Below, one piece after another: positions 48,944-62,219 of a stretch of 64,000 nucleotides of DNA. Source of the DNA: Eledone cirrhosa (lineage: Eukaryota). The DNA lies in contig OZ024741.1 in assembly GCA_964016885.1 (NCBI GenBank), positions 331,018,001 to 331,082,000 of the forward strand, in the 5' to 3' direction. The translations under genes and the position numbers were made by a program. The notes below the pieces were generated by a model that saw only the letters and a program-made list of their open reading frames with translations, ran no database searches and had not been told where the DNA came from. The stretch's first letter is position 1. Each line of letters opens with the position of its first letter.

Positions 48944-50077
48944 CAGACTTGATATATTGCGGGCAGCAAAATCTTTTAATTGTTTAAGGTCGTAGAAGGG
49001 CTTCCTCCAGTTTTTTATGTATGCATACATGCGTATATACATGACTAAAGGCGTGCCACTAATTTTGTGGTGGTGGTGTACTGTATGTTGCATAGGTGGG
49101 TGTATGTTTGCGGTGTTTGTGTGCTCTATGTCATCTGTTTCAGTGTAGACAAGAATGATGGTGTTTGATTGCGTGTGATTACTTAAGTTTGTTGATTTGT
49201 GTATTATGTATATATATATATATATATATATATACCATAAGTTTCAGTGTCCAGTTTTGGCTACCACTGTATAGTGGATGGAGTAGCAGTTCTAAAACAG
49301 GCCTCACTCGGTAGGAGCAAGACCAAAACTGGACCACGAGACCTAGTCGTGCATACACGTTAAGTTAATACACACATATATATATATTCTGTGCGTGTGT
49401 GATAGTATTTGTATTAGCGTATGTAGGTGTATGGTCGTTAACATGTGGTTGTTGGTTCATGTTTGTATTGGTGAGATTTAGCTGAGCCTAGTGTAAGTGT
49501 ATGACCGTGTGCATGTCTATATACAGATTGTCCCATCCAGAGTTGGTGGGAAAACGTCTGATGGTCACAATCCTTTGGACTTGGGTTACAGGTAGATGCC
49601 ACAATATGATATATCATAGAGACTCTTTCACACCTTATCTCATCGTACATGTTGTATCAGAGATGGGAATCATTCCATTCATAGCCGAAAACGGAATAAT
49701 TTACTGAATATTGTGATTTTTGGGTAGACAGAAACTGCGTAAACTCCTCGTATATGTGTATGTGTGTATTTACGTTTATGTCTGTTTTTTTTACCGTAAT
49801 CTACCGGTTCGACAAAATGAGATCGATGAAATCAATATCAGACTTGAAAAAAATAAAAATACTGGGGTTGCTGTGATATCAACTTTTAGACGTTACTCCA
49901 GTATGGCCACAGTCTACTGATTGGAATTAGTAACGGAAAAATAAGTGTTAAACGTGGTAATAGGGGAATTAATACCGTTAGTTAACATAATTGTTTAGTC
50001 AATGAAGGAAGGGAGATAACTCAGAATTGCTAACCGAATATTAATACCGAATATTTTCCGTAATCAATATACAAGAT

Positions 50078-50266
50078 TTCGGCTGAAAAGTTCATAGGCT
50101 GCATATGAAGAATTGATGCTAGGAATGTGAAATTTTGCATGCATTAATTTCAACTCTTCTTATTGATAACTGCATTGTTTCTTTTCGGGAACTATGTTGA
50201 AAAATAAACCTCATTTGGTAATCCATGAGAGTATCTTGGTCAGCCTATGAAACTTCCAGCCGACCA
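50078..50266. mobile_element. Mariner-type MITE, copy 2
   Basis: TCGGCTGAAAAGTTCATAGGCTG .. CAGCCTATGAAACTTCCAGCCGA. Confidence 0.8.
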
Positions 50267-50278
50267 TAATATCTCTCT

Positions 50279-50325
<47 letters not shown>

Positions 50326-50570
50326 ATTCAAATTAAAAGATATACGTATATAGAGAGAAAGAGCCATATATTTAATTTGAATTACTGATGCTCTGAGCCA
50401 AAGTCCATTTAACTTTATTTTTATTGAGAAACATAATCATGATACATATATATGTTTGATACATTAACATAGTATATGTGTGTGTATGTTTCTGTGTGTG
50501 TGTATGTGTGAGTTCAACCGGCAGTAACCATAGTAAGTAATGTACTCAATACATTAGTAGAGTGTATACA

Positions 50571-50694
50571 ACAAATTTAATATAGAAATGGCTTCTACAT
50601 GACTAGAACTGTTTCATCCGAAGGAAATCATCAGGAAAGCCTTTCAAATAAAACAGTTCTAGTCCTGTAGAAGCCATTTCTATATTAAATTTGT
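50571..50694 (-). mobile_element. Miniature Penelope-like fold-back with a hammerhead motif (second family)
   Basis: ~44-bp arms ACAAATTTAATATAGAAATGGCTTCTACA.GACTAGAACTGTTT. Minus strand reads GGCTTTC-CTGATGA-TTTCC-ttc-GGAT-GAAACA-gttctagtca-TGTA-GAAGCC. A further tail copy lies at 52176-52210. Confidence 0.72.
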
Positions 50695-50706
50695 AATATA
50701 TATATA

Positions 50707-50774
<68 letters not shown>

Positions 50775-50775
<1 letters not shown>

Positions 50776-50975
50776 GAGGGTAGGCTGAAGTGTTCATAGG
50801 CTGACTATGAAGGAGTGATACTTAAGCTGCGAAATCTTGCATACATGCATTCATTTCAACTCTTCTTATAGATAACTACATTATTTCTTTCTAGGGAGTA
50901 TGTTGAAAAATAAACCTCATTTGGTCATTCATGAGAGTATCTTAGTCAGCCTATGAACTTTTCAGCCAACCCTCC
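50775..50975. mobile_element. Mariner-type MITE, copy 3 (TA-flanked)
   Basis: TA-CGAGGGTAGGCTGAAGTGTTCATAGGCTGACT .. AGTCAGCCTATGAACTTTTCAGCCAACCCTCC-TA. Confidence 0.85.
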
Positions 50976-51169
50976 TATTTAAATGATCTCTTGATCTTTT
51001 CGATATTAAAATCATTAGAAATATATCTTTCATTTGCTATATCTAAAGTCATTTTCTTCTATTCCAGTTTATTTATTGACCGCTATGTTTAATATGTTCT
51101 AGAGGTTTTAGAATATTTATGATTTCCCTTTGTATTGTTTAGAATAAAATTAGAATGAACAAATATATC

Positions 51170-52107
51170 TTTATACTTTGGGAGGGTCATGTCACCAATA
51201 AAAACACACACACCATCGAATTACACTTCGGGTTTATTATTAGTCAGGTAACTAAGAGGTGGTGGATTGGCAGTAATCAGTTGTGCATTGGACAGCATGC
51301 TTTGCAGCATATAATTACTGCCCTTTATGTTCTGCATTGTCTTTCCTCCTCACAGGGTCACTAAAAGAAAGTACAGTAACGCATTGGCGTTGATTTAATT
51401 GACTTTCCCCTTCCTTTCAAGTTACTGGCCATGTACATAAATCAGAAACCATTATTAGTTAAGTAACTAATCCATTCCTTCGTTAGTTTAGTAATTGGGT
51501 GTTTATTTAATTATCAAAGTTCTTTCATCACACATTTTGTGACCTTCTCAATGACTATTCTTGCTCCTCTCTGCATCTTCTTTGTTTTGATTTTGTTCTA
51601 CTTACTCCATCTTAACAGTGGTGATCACAGAAAGAAACGATGGAGCAAATAAAATAAAATCAAACGACGAGGAGACACAGAGGAGCAGGGACTGACTTTC
51701 ATCTGGTGAAGCCCTAAGCTATATTAAATTTGAGGACCATTCTAAAAAAATTTTGGTAAAAAAAATTTAATAACTATACATGATTATTATTCTTTATATT
51801 AATGTTAATGATAAAGAATAAATAATATATATACCCTTGCTAGCAGGGAAAGTGGATTTTAAAACAACAATGATGATATATACACAAAAACAAGATGGTG
51901 TAGGACAGAACAAAGGAGAGACAAAAAATAACAAATTAGTCTCTGAGGAGGTCACAGAATGTGTGAAGAAAGAACTTTGACAATAAACAAATAAACAACC
52001 ATCCAGTTATTAAACCAACCAACTGTAAATTTGTAATGAATTGAAGTGAACAGCCAATAGGTGCGTGTGTTTTTATTGGTAGCAGAACCCTCCCAAAGTA
52101 TAACAAT
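51170..52107. mobile_element. Older inverted pair of hammerhead-family elements (left copy carries a SINE, right copy does not)
   Basis: Starts TTATACTTTGGGAGGGTC and ends ACCCTCCCAAAGTATAACA. Degenerate hammerheads at ~51513-51557 (-) and ~51937-51982 (+: AGTCT-CTGAGGA-G-GTCACA-gaatg-TGTGAA-GAAAGAACTTTGACA). Confidence 0.72.
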
Positions 52108-52277
52108 ATATATGTGTCTGTGTGTGTGTATAAATTCCGAGTTAAATCGGGGGTAAATACAGTTAAATATGAATGAAACAGTTCTAGTTATGTAGAAGCC
52201 ATTTCTATATACACACAATATGTACAATATTTAATTACATAAATATTTCACAGAAAAATATAGAATCAAAATGAATA

Positions 52278-53175
52278 TGATGAAAGAGCTCTGGCAGTTA
52301 GATAACCATCCTGTTACTAAACTAACCAAGAAATAGATTAGTTACCAAACTAATATATGTTTATATTTCTGGTACAAGGCCAGTAATCTGTAGGGAAAGG
52401 GGAAAGTTGACTAAATAGACTCCAATATGTTACTGGTAGTTTATTTTATCAATTCCATAAGGGTGAAAGCAAAGCTATTCTCGGTAGAATTTGAACTCAG
52501 AATGTAAAGGGACGTAACTCTATACCTTAAAGCATAATGTCTGACAATCTGCCGATACTGCCAATCCATCCCACTTCTCCAACTAATAACGGTTTCTGAA
52601 TTTAGGTATAAGGCCAACATTTTTTGTGGAAGGGAAAGTCGATTAAATCAACCCCAGTGTTACTGATACTTCATTCTATTGACCTCGTAAGCAGGGTTGG
52701 ATTTAGACCTTTAAATAAAAAATTAGAATACACAGCCCCCCCCCCCCCCCCCCCCCATTTTACACATCAAAGTTAGCTTGGCTCAAGTAATTGGAATTGA
52801 AAAATTATACATACAAGTATAAAATTCAAAAATTTTAACTATCCTAAAACTAAAAAGCCCAGCGGAGGGCTTAAATAAATTGCTACGGTCGTCGCCGGTG
52901 GGACCTCCCACTGCAGGGGACCCAGGGCAATTGCTCCCTTTGCCCCGCCCCCATTAAATCCGGCCCTCCCCGCAAGTATGATAGGCAAAGCTAACATCAG
53001 CAGGATTTGAAATCAGAACGTAAAGGGCCATAAAAGATGCTGCCCGACGCTCCCCGAATCATAAAACTGAAGGGAAATCCATGGTATGTGTTTCTATTGG
53101 CTGCATGACATTCCCTAAGTATAATAATATCTTTCAACACACGATTTCACGCCAAGAAGCTTGCAAAATAAATAC
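52278..53175 (+). mobile_element. Hammerhead-family element carrying two tandem antisense SINEs, one interrupted by a MITE
   Basis: GATGAAAGAGCTC remnant; SINE cores TTTGAACTCAGAATGTAAAG (~52490) and TTTGAAATCAGAACGTAAAG (~53007); family tail CCCTAAGTATAATAATATCTTTCAACACACGATTTCA. Confidence 0.65.
52692..52968. mobile_element. hAT-like MITE
   Basis: TIRs CAGGGTTGGATTTA / TAAATCCGGCCCTC; degenerate 8-bp TSD CTCGTAAG / CCCGCAAG; splits a SINE. Confidence 0.75.
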
Positions 53176-53384
53176 AAAAACGCCTTGATTTAGTCGATTA
53201 TATTGACTTATGATTTTTTCAAGCCTGGTACTTATTTTATCGATCTCTTTTTGTCAGACCGCTAACTGCGGGACATACACAAAGAAGCAAACAATGTAAT
53301 TCTAATCACAACTCAGGCGTATGATTCTGTTAAAATACTGTGGAAACAATTATTTTTAACCAACACAAGAATCACAGACTAAAC

Positions 53385-54754
53385 CTTTGGAACTTCTGGA
53401 GCTCTCACAGTCTTATCCGGCCCTCGCAATTTGGATTTATCCCCAACTCCAGCTGCTGTGATCAACTTATAGAGTTTCTTGAGGACATCACCCGGATCAC
53501 TGATGGCGGCTCATGGGTGGATGTTGTTTACCTTGACTTTGCGAAAGCCTTCAATTCTGTGCCACACAAAAGGCTTATGGCAAAACTCTCTGCAATGGGT
53601 GTGAAGGATGATCTTTTTAACTGGTTGAAGTCCTTCATTCTCAGTCGAAGAAAGGTAGTCACGGTTCTGGGACAGCATTCCTCACCTTATGAGATGTCAT
53701 CTGGTGTACCATAGGGATCTGTTCTTGGCCCCCTTTTGTTTGTGGCATATATTAATGACATAGATGCTAACTTAAAGAATGCCACGGTACTAAAGTACGC
53801 AGATGACATCAAGCTGTACCTTGAGATAAAAAGGACAGATCCTGAACACTATAGACCTTGCTTGCAGTCTGACCTGGACACAATGCAACAATGGATCTCA
53901 GACTGGCAACTCAAGCTAGCTGTGGACAAGTGCACCACCATGCATTTTGGGAGTAAAAACCCACCGTCCACATACTCCCTCCACAGCACTAATATCAAGA
54001 AGTCTTCTTGTGAACGTGATCTGGGCATTACGGTCAGCAGCGATTTGCATTGGACAAAGCACGTCTCTAAAATTGTCAAGAGGGCCGAGGGTGTCTTAGC
54101 ATCACTCATTTAGACCTTTGTCAGCCGCTCTCCAGATATCTATTTAAGGCTGTACATGGCTATGGTGCGGCCACACTTAGAATTTGCATCACCAGTCTGG
54201 AACCCCTATCTTGCTCAGAACATTGACCGCCTGGAAACTGTTCAGAGATGTGCAACCAAGTGAATACCCTCCATCAGACATCTACCATACTCTGAACGCC
54301 TTGCTTCCCTGGGCATGGATACATTGAAGCTCCGACGCCTGGCAACTGACTTGGTAAACACCCACAAAATTGTTAACCATCTTGCCAACAACAACCCTGA
54401 GTACCTTTTTGATTTCCATGTGTCTAACACACGTGGACATGCCCACAAAGTCAGAAAACAGCACAGTTCCCATGACTTTCGGAAACATTTTTTCACGTTC
54501 AGAGTTGCTGAAGCATAGAACAAACTACCTGCATCAGTTGTTAGCTGTCGAGACACTGCATCCTTTAAGGCCTCCATGCTTCCCGAGATCCGCCAACACT
54601 ACAGCTAATGTTCCCCCTCCATACACATACACACATGTATACCATGACTCATACACTATTCACTTCCCTGACATTTGTGTATTATTCTATGTACTATACA
54701 TACACCTTTGACGAGTTGCAGTGCACCTGAGCACTTTACACAATAATTTTATTA

Positions 54755-54790
<36 letters not shown>
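53385..54790 (+). mobile_element. 5'-truncated CR1-clade LINE relic with (ATT)n tail
   Basis: QFGF, VDVVYLDFAKAFNSVPHKRL, SGVP*GSVLGP, KYADDIKLY, ERDLGI and TRGH motifs with several in-frame stops; (ATT)n tail from ~54750. Confidence 0.92.
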
Positions 54791-54793
<3 letters not shown>

Positions 54794-54878
54794 TTGCCTT
54801 TCATCCTTACGGGGTCGATAAAATAAAGTACCAGTAATGCACTGGGTAATTGCTGGCCTTGTGCCTAACGTAGAAACA

Positions 54879-54917
<39 letters not shown>

Positions 54918-55159
54918 ATTATTATTATTATCATTCTTTTAAGATTTTCTGTTTAATAAGTATATTTAAAATGTTCCAAACAGACAAATATGGTTTTTTT
55001 TTTTACACTTCTTGCTCTGACTACGCTAAAATAATTACTAAGTTTGCATTCACTATCCACTACACAGTTCACATTCACCAACGCTAAATCTTGTTGCAGA
55101 TCATAACACTGTACAACCCTCTCCACTGCTTTGAATATTTCCACAACACTGCCAGTGAT

Positions 55160-55500
55160 GACATGGAAGTGAAACGTGGGCTCTCAACATCGTCACTGCA
55201 GAGATGCCTGTTTGGCCCAACGTAAAATGGAGCGAATCATGCACGGCATCACCTTACGTGACAGGAAGAGCAACACCTACATTCGACAGCAGACATCAGT
55301 GGAGGACATAATACAGACCATCAAGTAGGGCAAACATAGATGGGCTGGTCACGTCTCTGGCTTCAGAGACAACAGGTGGACTATGAGTGACAAAGTGGAC
55401 ACCAAAGCTGTGGAGAAGAACCAGAGGGTGGCCAGAAGGTGTGATTATCTGACCTGATACCTCAGCCCCACATAGCCCAGTATGACCAGAGATAGGAAGC
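55160..55500 (+). pseudogene. Decayed RTE-type LINE C-terminal fragment
   Basis: MERIMHGITLRDRKSNTYIRQQT and RWAGHV..DNRWT remnants. Confidence 0.65.
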
Positions 55501-55829
55501 GGTGAGACCATGAGTGAGAAGGTCCTGATTTTTTATTTTGGCTACGTGGCAAAGATGTTTAGAGATTTACTTATTGATCACAGATTTGTTTATATTTAAT
55601 TATACAAAATTATATAAAACTGTGATACTTTAATGTTCAGTAATGCGTCACACGGAGGTCTATGCTCTAGGTAGCTGCCAAGCTGGACCTAATGGTAACG
55701 CCGGGCCGAATATGAGATGTTTTTTTAAATATAAATATAAATGCAAGTCTTCCTTCAGGCGGATCAAGTTTGGCTTGGACCAATACCGCTTCGGCTGCTT
55801 CCTATCCGCTTCACAGCCAAACAGCGGGG

Positions 55830-56690
55830 CGTAGATCAATTCGGTGCCCTCATCATTCTTGATGACAAGTGCACCAGCATCGAAGTAGCCCAACGCCTCG
55901 GCCTCCGCGTGTGTGAGTCATATAAACGCCGTTGTGGGGCTGTCGTTAACAAGTTTGGCCTGCACCCACTGTCATGCCGCCAGAGCGTAGGTCGGTTCCC
56001 CCGACATGCCGCATTCAACGACACTATTGAGAAGGAGCCTGGGCACAACTAGTTTCCCACCACAACTGGAGAGCAAGCGCCCCGATGGAATTACCCTCTT
56101 CCCATTCGAATGAGGTAGATTCCTCATTTGGGACGTCTCATGTGACACGTTCTTCGCTTCCGACTTAGTCACTTCGACTACAATCCCCGGTATTGCAGCC
56201 TGCAATGCAGAGGACATGAAGGCAAAGAAATACCGGGGATTGTCCGGCTGCTTTCTCTTTGCACCGGTCGCCGTCAAGACCTCAGGCATCCTCGGATCCT
56301 ATACTGTCAAGTTCCATCGCAAGATCGGAACGTTACTAGCAACTCTGAGCAACGAGCCCCGCGAAGTGGGATGGTTGTTGCAGAGTTTGTCGCTGGCCAT
56401 TGTCCGCGGGGCGCAGCCTTAACACTACCGCACCCTAGACTCAGAGCCCATCACCCTCTCCCCTTTCCCTCTGTGGCCCTAGAGTCCTTGTTTTTCCCCC
56501 TTTTTCCTCTCATTTATGGCTTTTATAATCCTTTCCTCTACTTTTCCATACAGCCAGATCTTCTCTTCTTTACCCCTTCCCATTTTCTCATTTTCTAATT
56601 TTGCTTTCATTTTTTTTTTTCATATTTATGTAATCATCAATGGTTTTGAAGCCAACTTTGTGAATATTTGTAACATAAATAAATTATAAA
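55830..56690 (+). mobile_element. 3' fragment of a CRE-like non-LTR retrotransposon (Zn knuckle + restriction-like endonuclease)
   Basis: CGAVVNKFGLHPLSC..RH, KRPDGITLFPF..WDV, AEDMKAKKY..PVAVKTSG..SLAIVRG; frameshifted. Confidence 0.8.
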
Positions 56691-57164
56691 TTTATCAAGA
56701 GCTGTTCCGTATTCTTTCCTCCCTCTGCTCAAATCGGAAGCACGTTTCACCGATAACTTATTCTACTTCCGGCACAAAGGAACACACGCCGTACAATCTG
56801 CCCACTGGAAAGAAACATTTGATTATTTTTATTTCACTGGAGTCTCTTTCATTAACCACATATTTATTATTATACAGAAAACATTCCAACAAACATCTCC
56901 CTGTCTACCCGAACACAAATAAGAAAGCCGAGTAGTTTACTTACTACTCATAACTGTATGTCTTACTTTTTTCACCATTTGTTATCACCTAACTGTTGCC
57001 AAAGATTGTTTTTATCTTCATTTGAAATCGATAGTTTGTGTAAAGAATTCTTCTGATTTTCATTCTCAAACGGGAGTTATTTGATTTCCAGCGGGAAGAG
57101 GTATCCAAACTGGGAAAGAACAGCAGATATTATGTGTGTGTACATATGTATATATATATATTAG

Positions 57165-57360
57165 GTAAAGTATCGATATACCCAACTATAGAGTACACTG
57201 TATGCGAAAAGTATACTGTACATTGTGTATATATATCAAATGAAATACCAATATACCCAACTATAGTGTGCATTATATACATATATTAAATGAAATACCA
57301 ACTATAGTGTACATTGTGTCTATATACCAAATGAAATACCAACATACCCAACTATATAAG
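57165..57360. repeat. Degenerate minisatellite (AAATGAAATACCAA..ATACCCAACTATAGTGT units)
   Basis: About 4 imperfect units visible. Confidence 0.7.
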
Positions 57361-58099
57361 GGTGATCACAAATTAAGTCCCTCACCCCACCCCAAATCCC
57401 ACTCCTTCAGTTTGGGACTATACAATTATTTAAGCCTAAATAAGCTTGTTGGTGTTAATATGATGGTCAGGTGAATAATTGCCAGATGACAATTGAAAAT
57501 AGGTGAAGAATTGAGGAAAACTGAGATTGTAAAGGGTGGGGGGAATGTGACCTGGGTCTCTGAGAAACATAATTTTATAACACACCATTAACGTATGATT
57601 TTAACATGTGGCTCGTTTCTGTCTCTGCTTTTCTCTTTTCTGTTAAGTCCCTAGAGAAGTTAAGGGCCGAAACACTTTCTTGATTGGCATTTCTTCTCTG
57701 AAGATCTTCTGTCGTCCAGCTCTTCTGAGAGTTTCTTACCACTGCGGCTCGTTCCTGTCTCTGTTTATCTCTTTTCTATTAAATTGTTAGTTTATGTCAA
57801 AGTAAACATTTTTGGTTTAAGGAATATATATGACTTGTATTCTCTCACAATTATCAACATTCCTATATAATATATCAGTGATTCCAACTCCTTAAACTTT
57901 TCATTACCAATCACCCCTTTTTACTTAGTTATACGCCTTCTTAGATTGTTATACATCGATGATAACAATCGAAAAAGGAGAAATGTTTATACTTAGAGAA
58001 GAATGAATACCCAATAGTGTGTATATATATATTATGTTTATAGCAAAGTTGAAATATTGAACATAGTTCCCGGTCCCCACTTTGATAGTCGCTGATATA

Positions 58100-58685
58100 T
58101 ATAACTTTTTATTCAATCTACCCATCTATGGTAATGTGTGTGTTGTGTGTATAGACTATACTCTCATCCGTATACTATAACTAACTCTGTATTGAATCTG
58201 TCCATGTATGTATGTGTGTATATAGTTTTACAGACATAACCTACTGTAGTGTGTATATATATATAGTCTACATACCCATATATTATAACTAACTCTATGA
58301 GATCCGTCCGTGTATGTATGGCAACGTGTATATGTGTGTATATGTTCTATAACACTATTGAATCTGTTCATGTATGTATAACTTACCCAGTATTGAATTT
58401 GTTCATATATGTATAATTGTGTATAGTTTACAGATATAACCTACGGCAGTGTATACCTATATACTATAACTATGAAATCCGTGCATGTATGTATGACGAT
58501 GTGTATATAGTCTACAGATGTATATATAGTCTTCATCATATATATTATAACCGTGTACAGAATCTGTCTAATCTATGACAAATGTGTGTATATCCTACAG
58601 ATATAGCAATGTGTGTATATATATATGGTTTACATTCTTATATTCTATTCTGAAACTAACTCTATTGAATGTGTCCATTCTATGG
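58100..58685. repeat. Degenerate tandem repeat (ACTAACTCTATTGAATCTGTCCATGTATGTAT-like units)
   Basis: Motif recurs at ~58180, 58290, 58355, 58390, 58470, 58560 and 58660. Confidence 0.65.
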
Positions 58686-59240
58686 AATTATTGCATGAAT
58701 TAAAATCTGATGGAGAGTGTGTAGCTTCTAAAATCGTTGCAGGAACGGGTTTTTTTTAGGCACAGCACTGTGTGATACCTGAGTTAAATTGGTTGTTCTT
58801 TGAATAGCGGTGTTATTATTTTAACTGAACATTGAAAGAAGACACACACTAATGTTTGACACTGATTGCAGTCAACACATAGATATAGATGTTTGTTAAT
58901 AATAACCGTGGATCGGTGACATTGCCATACTTACACTTGAAAATACTGTAAGATATTAAAAAACCATATGATGAATTTTTTTTCTTCTCATTGCTTGGTT
59001 GATAAAAAAATAACTTATCAAATATGGCTTGTCAACAATTACTGAAGCAGAGTCCTCTAAAAATCTAAGCGATTAAAATAATATATTCTATGTTTGGGGA
59101 TATACTTTTCATTTAAGTATAGTGTATTTAAAAAAATAATTCTGTATCAATAAGTGACAGCTACATGCAATTATAAAGTATTTTGTAAACAATTCGTTCG
59201 AATCGCCAGCCTCATGTATATAATATATATATATATATAT

Positions 59241-59301
<61 letters not shown>

Positions 59302-59499
59302 AATAAACAAAGTTATTTTTATACATGTGTGTGTATGACATATGACAAGTGACTGCGAGATTATATATATAACTATATGCATGTGTTCGTGTGTTATATA
59401 ACACAATTTAAATACATATCTGTATATGTACATATATATGTGTAAGATTAAATCTTCCTTTTATACGTCCGCCTTCTATTATTTTTTTAAGCCAAGATC

Positions 59500-59653
59500 A
59501 CCAACCATGACAACCTGTAGTTCCCCCGATTAAAATAATTAAAGTAGCTGAGTTCGAGTCACGTGTCCTGCTAAACTTCTTTGAAGGAAGTGTCTGTTGA
59601 GTTGTGGGGAAAGGTTTCGTCGAATTTCTGGCGGCCCTCAACTGAAAGCCAAC
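59500..59653 (+). promoter_or_regulatory. Candidate host promoter / 5' UTR
   Basis: Non-repetitive, locally CpG-richer stretch with RFX half X-box CCATGACAAC (59505), TGTAGTTC (ACTACA motif, 59516) and E-box GTCACGTG (59558). Confidence 0.45.
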
Positions 59654-59691
59654 ATGACGGAAAGAAGTACCAGTGATCCTGAGGACGAAGG
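59654..59691 (+). CDS. Candidate first coding exon of an unidentified host gene (MTERSTSDPEDE-G)
   Basis: Kozak-like GCCAACATG, 38 open nt, then the consensus donor GG|GTGAGT. Confidence 0.5.
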
Positions 59692-60377
59692 GTGAGTTTA
59701 ACGTATGCTTTGACCATAGCATCATCTTCTTGTTGTTTATAGCCCTGATCAATTAGACTTAAGTTAAGATCAAAGATATTCAAGTCGCAACCATCCGTCT
59801 TTTTTTTGTTTTGTTTTTGAAGGCGTATATAGAACTACATAAATCAACGTGTCCTTGCCTTTATAACAGTAGACTGTGATTTAAAGGAGATTTAGCTGCT
59901 ATTTCTAATGTGTCGAGCGATGCGATCACATTGTGTCTCGCAGAAAAGCTTGTAAATAAATAATGTAAATAATGAGTCGGTTTCACTTTCTCCAAACTTT
60001 GCTTTTCTTCAGTTTGTTAGGCCGCTGACGAAATAGTATTTATTTTTGACAGTATCTTCCGCATAGGTTTTCGTATTGTTGAACCACCCTTCCATTAGCG
60101 TATTTCTCATGACATACACTGTATTTCAATTATTTAATGAAGAATTTGGAGGGATTTCTTCAAAAATAGTAATTATTTCATGTAGCGATCTTTTGAAATA
60201 ACTTACCTTTCCATTATTAAGCTGGTATTTGGAACATAACTTAAGATTTTCTCACATAGAAGTATGATGGAAGGTTTAAATTTAACCATTTTGTAATCGG
60301 AATTCTAATTTCATGCATTGTATTTCAGTTATTTAATGAAGAATTTGGAGGGATTTATGGTAATTTAACACATGGTT

Positions 60378-60735
60378 CATCATCATCATCATCATCACCG
60401 TTTTACGTCCGTTCTTCCATGCTAGCATGGGTTAGACGGGTTGGCCTGTTGTGGGCAGTGTCTGGTCAGCTGACCATGCCTTGCTCATACAGGAACTGAT
60501 TTGGGCTTGATTTCTACAGCTGGATGCCCTTCCTAACACCAACCTCATTTACAGTGAGTGCTGGGTGCTTTTTTCCGTGGCGCCTACACGTCCACTTTAC
60601 AGTGTGGGCTGGGTGCTTTTTTGCCGTGGCACCTCCACGACCACTTTGCAGTGGGATGGTGTGGGGGCATATTGTCTATATGCTTCAGCTTGTACCCATG
60701 GGAGGTCGGGTACTCTGTATTACTGCGTGACGCCT
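60378..60735 (-). mobile_element. RTE subfamily-2 3'-end fragment
   Basis: (CAT)n tail and palindrome CCATGCTAGCATGG; reverse-complement match to 44310-44658. Confidence 0.85.
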
Positions 60736-62219
60736 CTTATATAAAATTTTGTTGAAAGATTTAAATTTAGACAATGGTTTTGTTACATAGAACCACTGGT
60801 GGTTTTGGCTGGGTTGGTATGAAAAAGATTAAGGTAGGAGGATTTTATGTTTATATTTTTATTAAGATGGAATATACAACGATCTATTATGTATGTGTGT
60901 GGGGGAATTCCACTGACAGTTTGTTGTGAAAGAAGAGGTTGTTATCAAAGGAAAAACAATAGTGAATACTATACAGGCTTATGAATATGTGTAGCTTTGT
61001 TGTTACCTCACAACCAAAAGGCTGTGTCATGTTGTGTTCTTGAGAAACATGCTTCATTTCACATTGCTTTCACAAGACTGGGATTCCTGTTGTTAAAGCC
61101 CCCCCCCCCCCCCCCCCAGCCCTGCAACCTCAGGTCTAAATTTAATTATTCCTGTAGCAATTGGAGGCAGTGAAATGGATGTTGAAATAGATGCAAAGAA
61201 AAAAAAAAAGCTGAAAAATATATATACACATATATCAATAGGCAAACATCTACAACAAATAGGCAGGTACCTATCATTTGAATTTATTTTCATTTCCATA
61301 TCTTTCATTTTATGTATCTAATGTGAAATTTCCACTTGACCACAGACTTTCCAGTTTAGCTTTTAGTTTGATCAGTCCTTTAGTTTCTTTCTGATCACCA
61401 GTTTTCAGCTTTGCTGAATATTAGTTGTCATTGTTGCATATTCATCCACTCCACTTATTAACTTTTCAGATTTTTTTCCAACCCCACTGCTTATTAAATT
61501 TTGCTGATCCATCTCTGTCGAAATTTTGTTTTAAGTGATAGCATTCCTGCGACAATTAATTTTCTTTAGACATTAAAAAACATTATACATGACAATAAAA
61601 GAACATTACTAGAAATCCCATACATTATAAAATAAATAGGATGGGTTAGGGTCTCAATGTGTAAACTAAATGACTAATTCTGTTTTTTAAAAAAATCAAC
61701 GGCGACAACTTAGAAAAATTACTGATTTTCCAACCCACCCACTTATCCCCCCCCCCCCCCCACCCATTCCACTCCCCACTTATTTCCCCCCTATTTGGGA
61801 TTGGAGAGTAAGTAGATTCACTCTGGAAATTTAACCTTCTTCCTTTCACACCACTGTAAGTAATGCTCCAAATACCAACAGGATAATTTTGTATAACTAA
61901 ATTTTGAAAATAATCAAGAATTGATTTTTAGAACCTTAAGGTTTATGCATAGAATTATGATGGAAGGTTTTTAGATAAATGTAAAACACTTTCACCCTTT
62001 AATTATATTTTTTGTTAATAGTACCCTCATTCGTGGCTTGTGAACATGTCATAAATCATAGATTGAACTTTATATAAGCACCTTTATTAAGTTATGTTCC
62101 AAACACCGAGAAAGTTATTTCATTAAATCCCTCCATGTTCTCTGTCACTTCATGTCATGGAAACTGGGATAAACACTGGCCTGATGAACCTCTGGCCTCA
62201 AAACAGACCTTATCATATG

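Noticed and set aside
57600-57790. ~40-bp direct repeat flanking CTAGAGAAG..CCGAAAC (possible decayed hammerhead/pLTR)
   Set aside because: Core is not CUGANGA and stems cannot be built.
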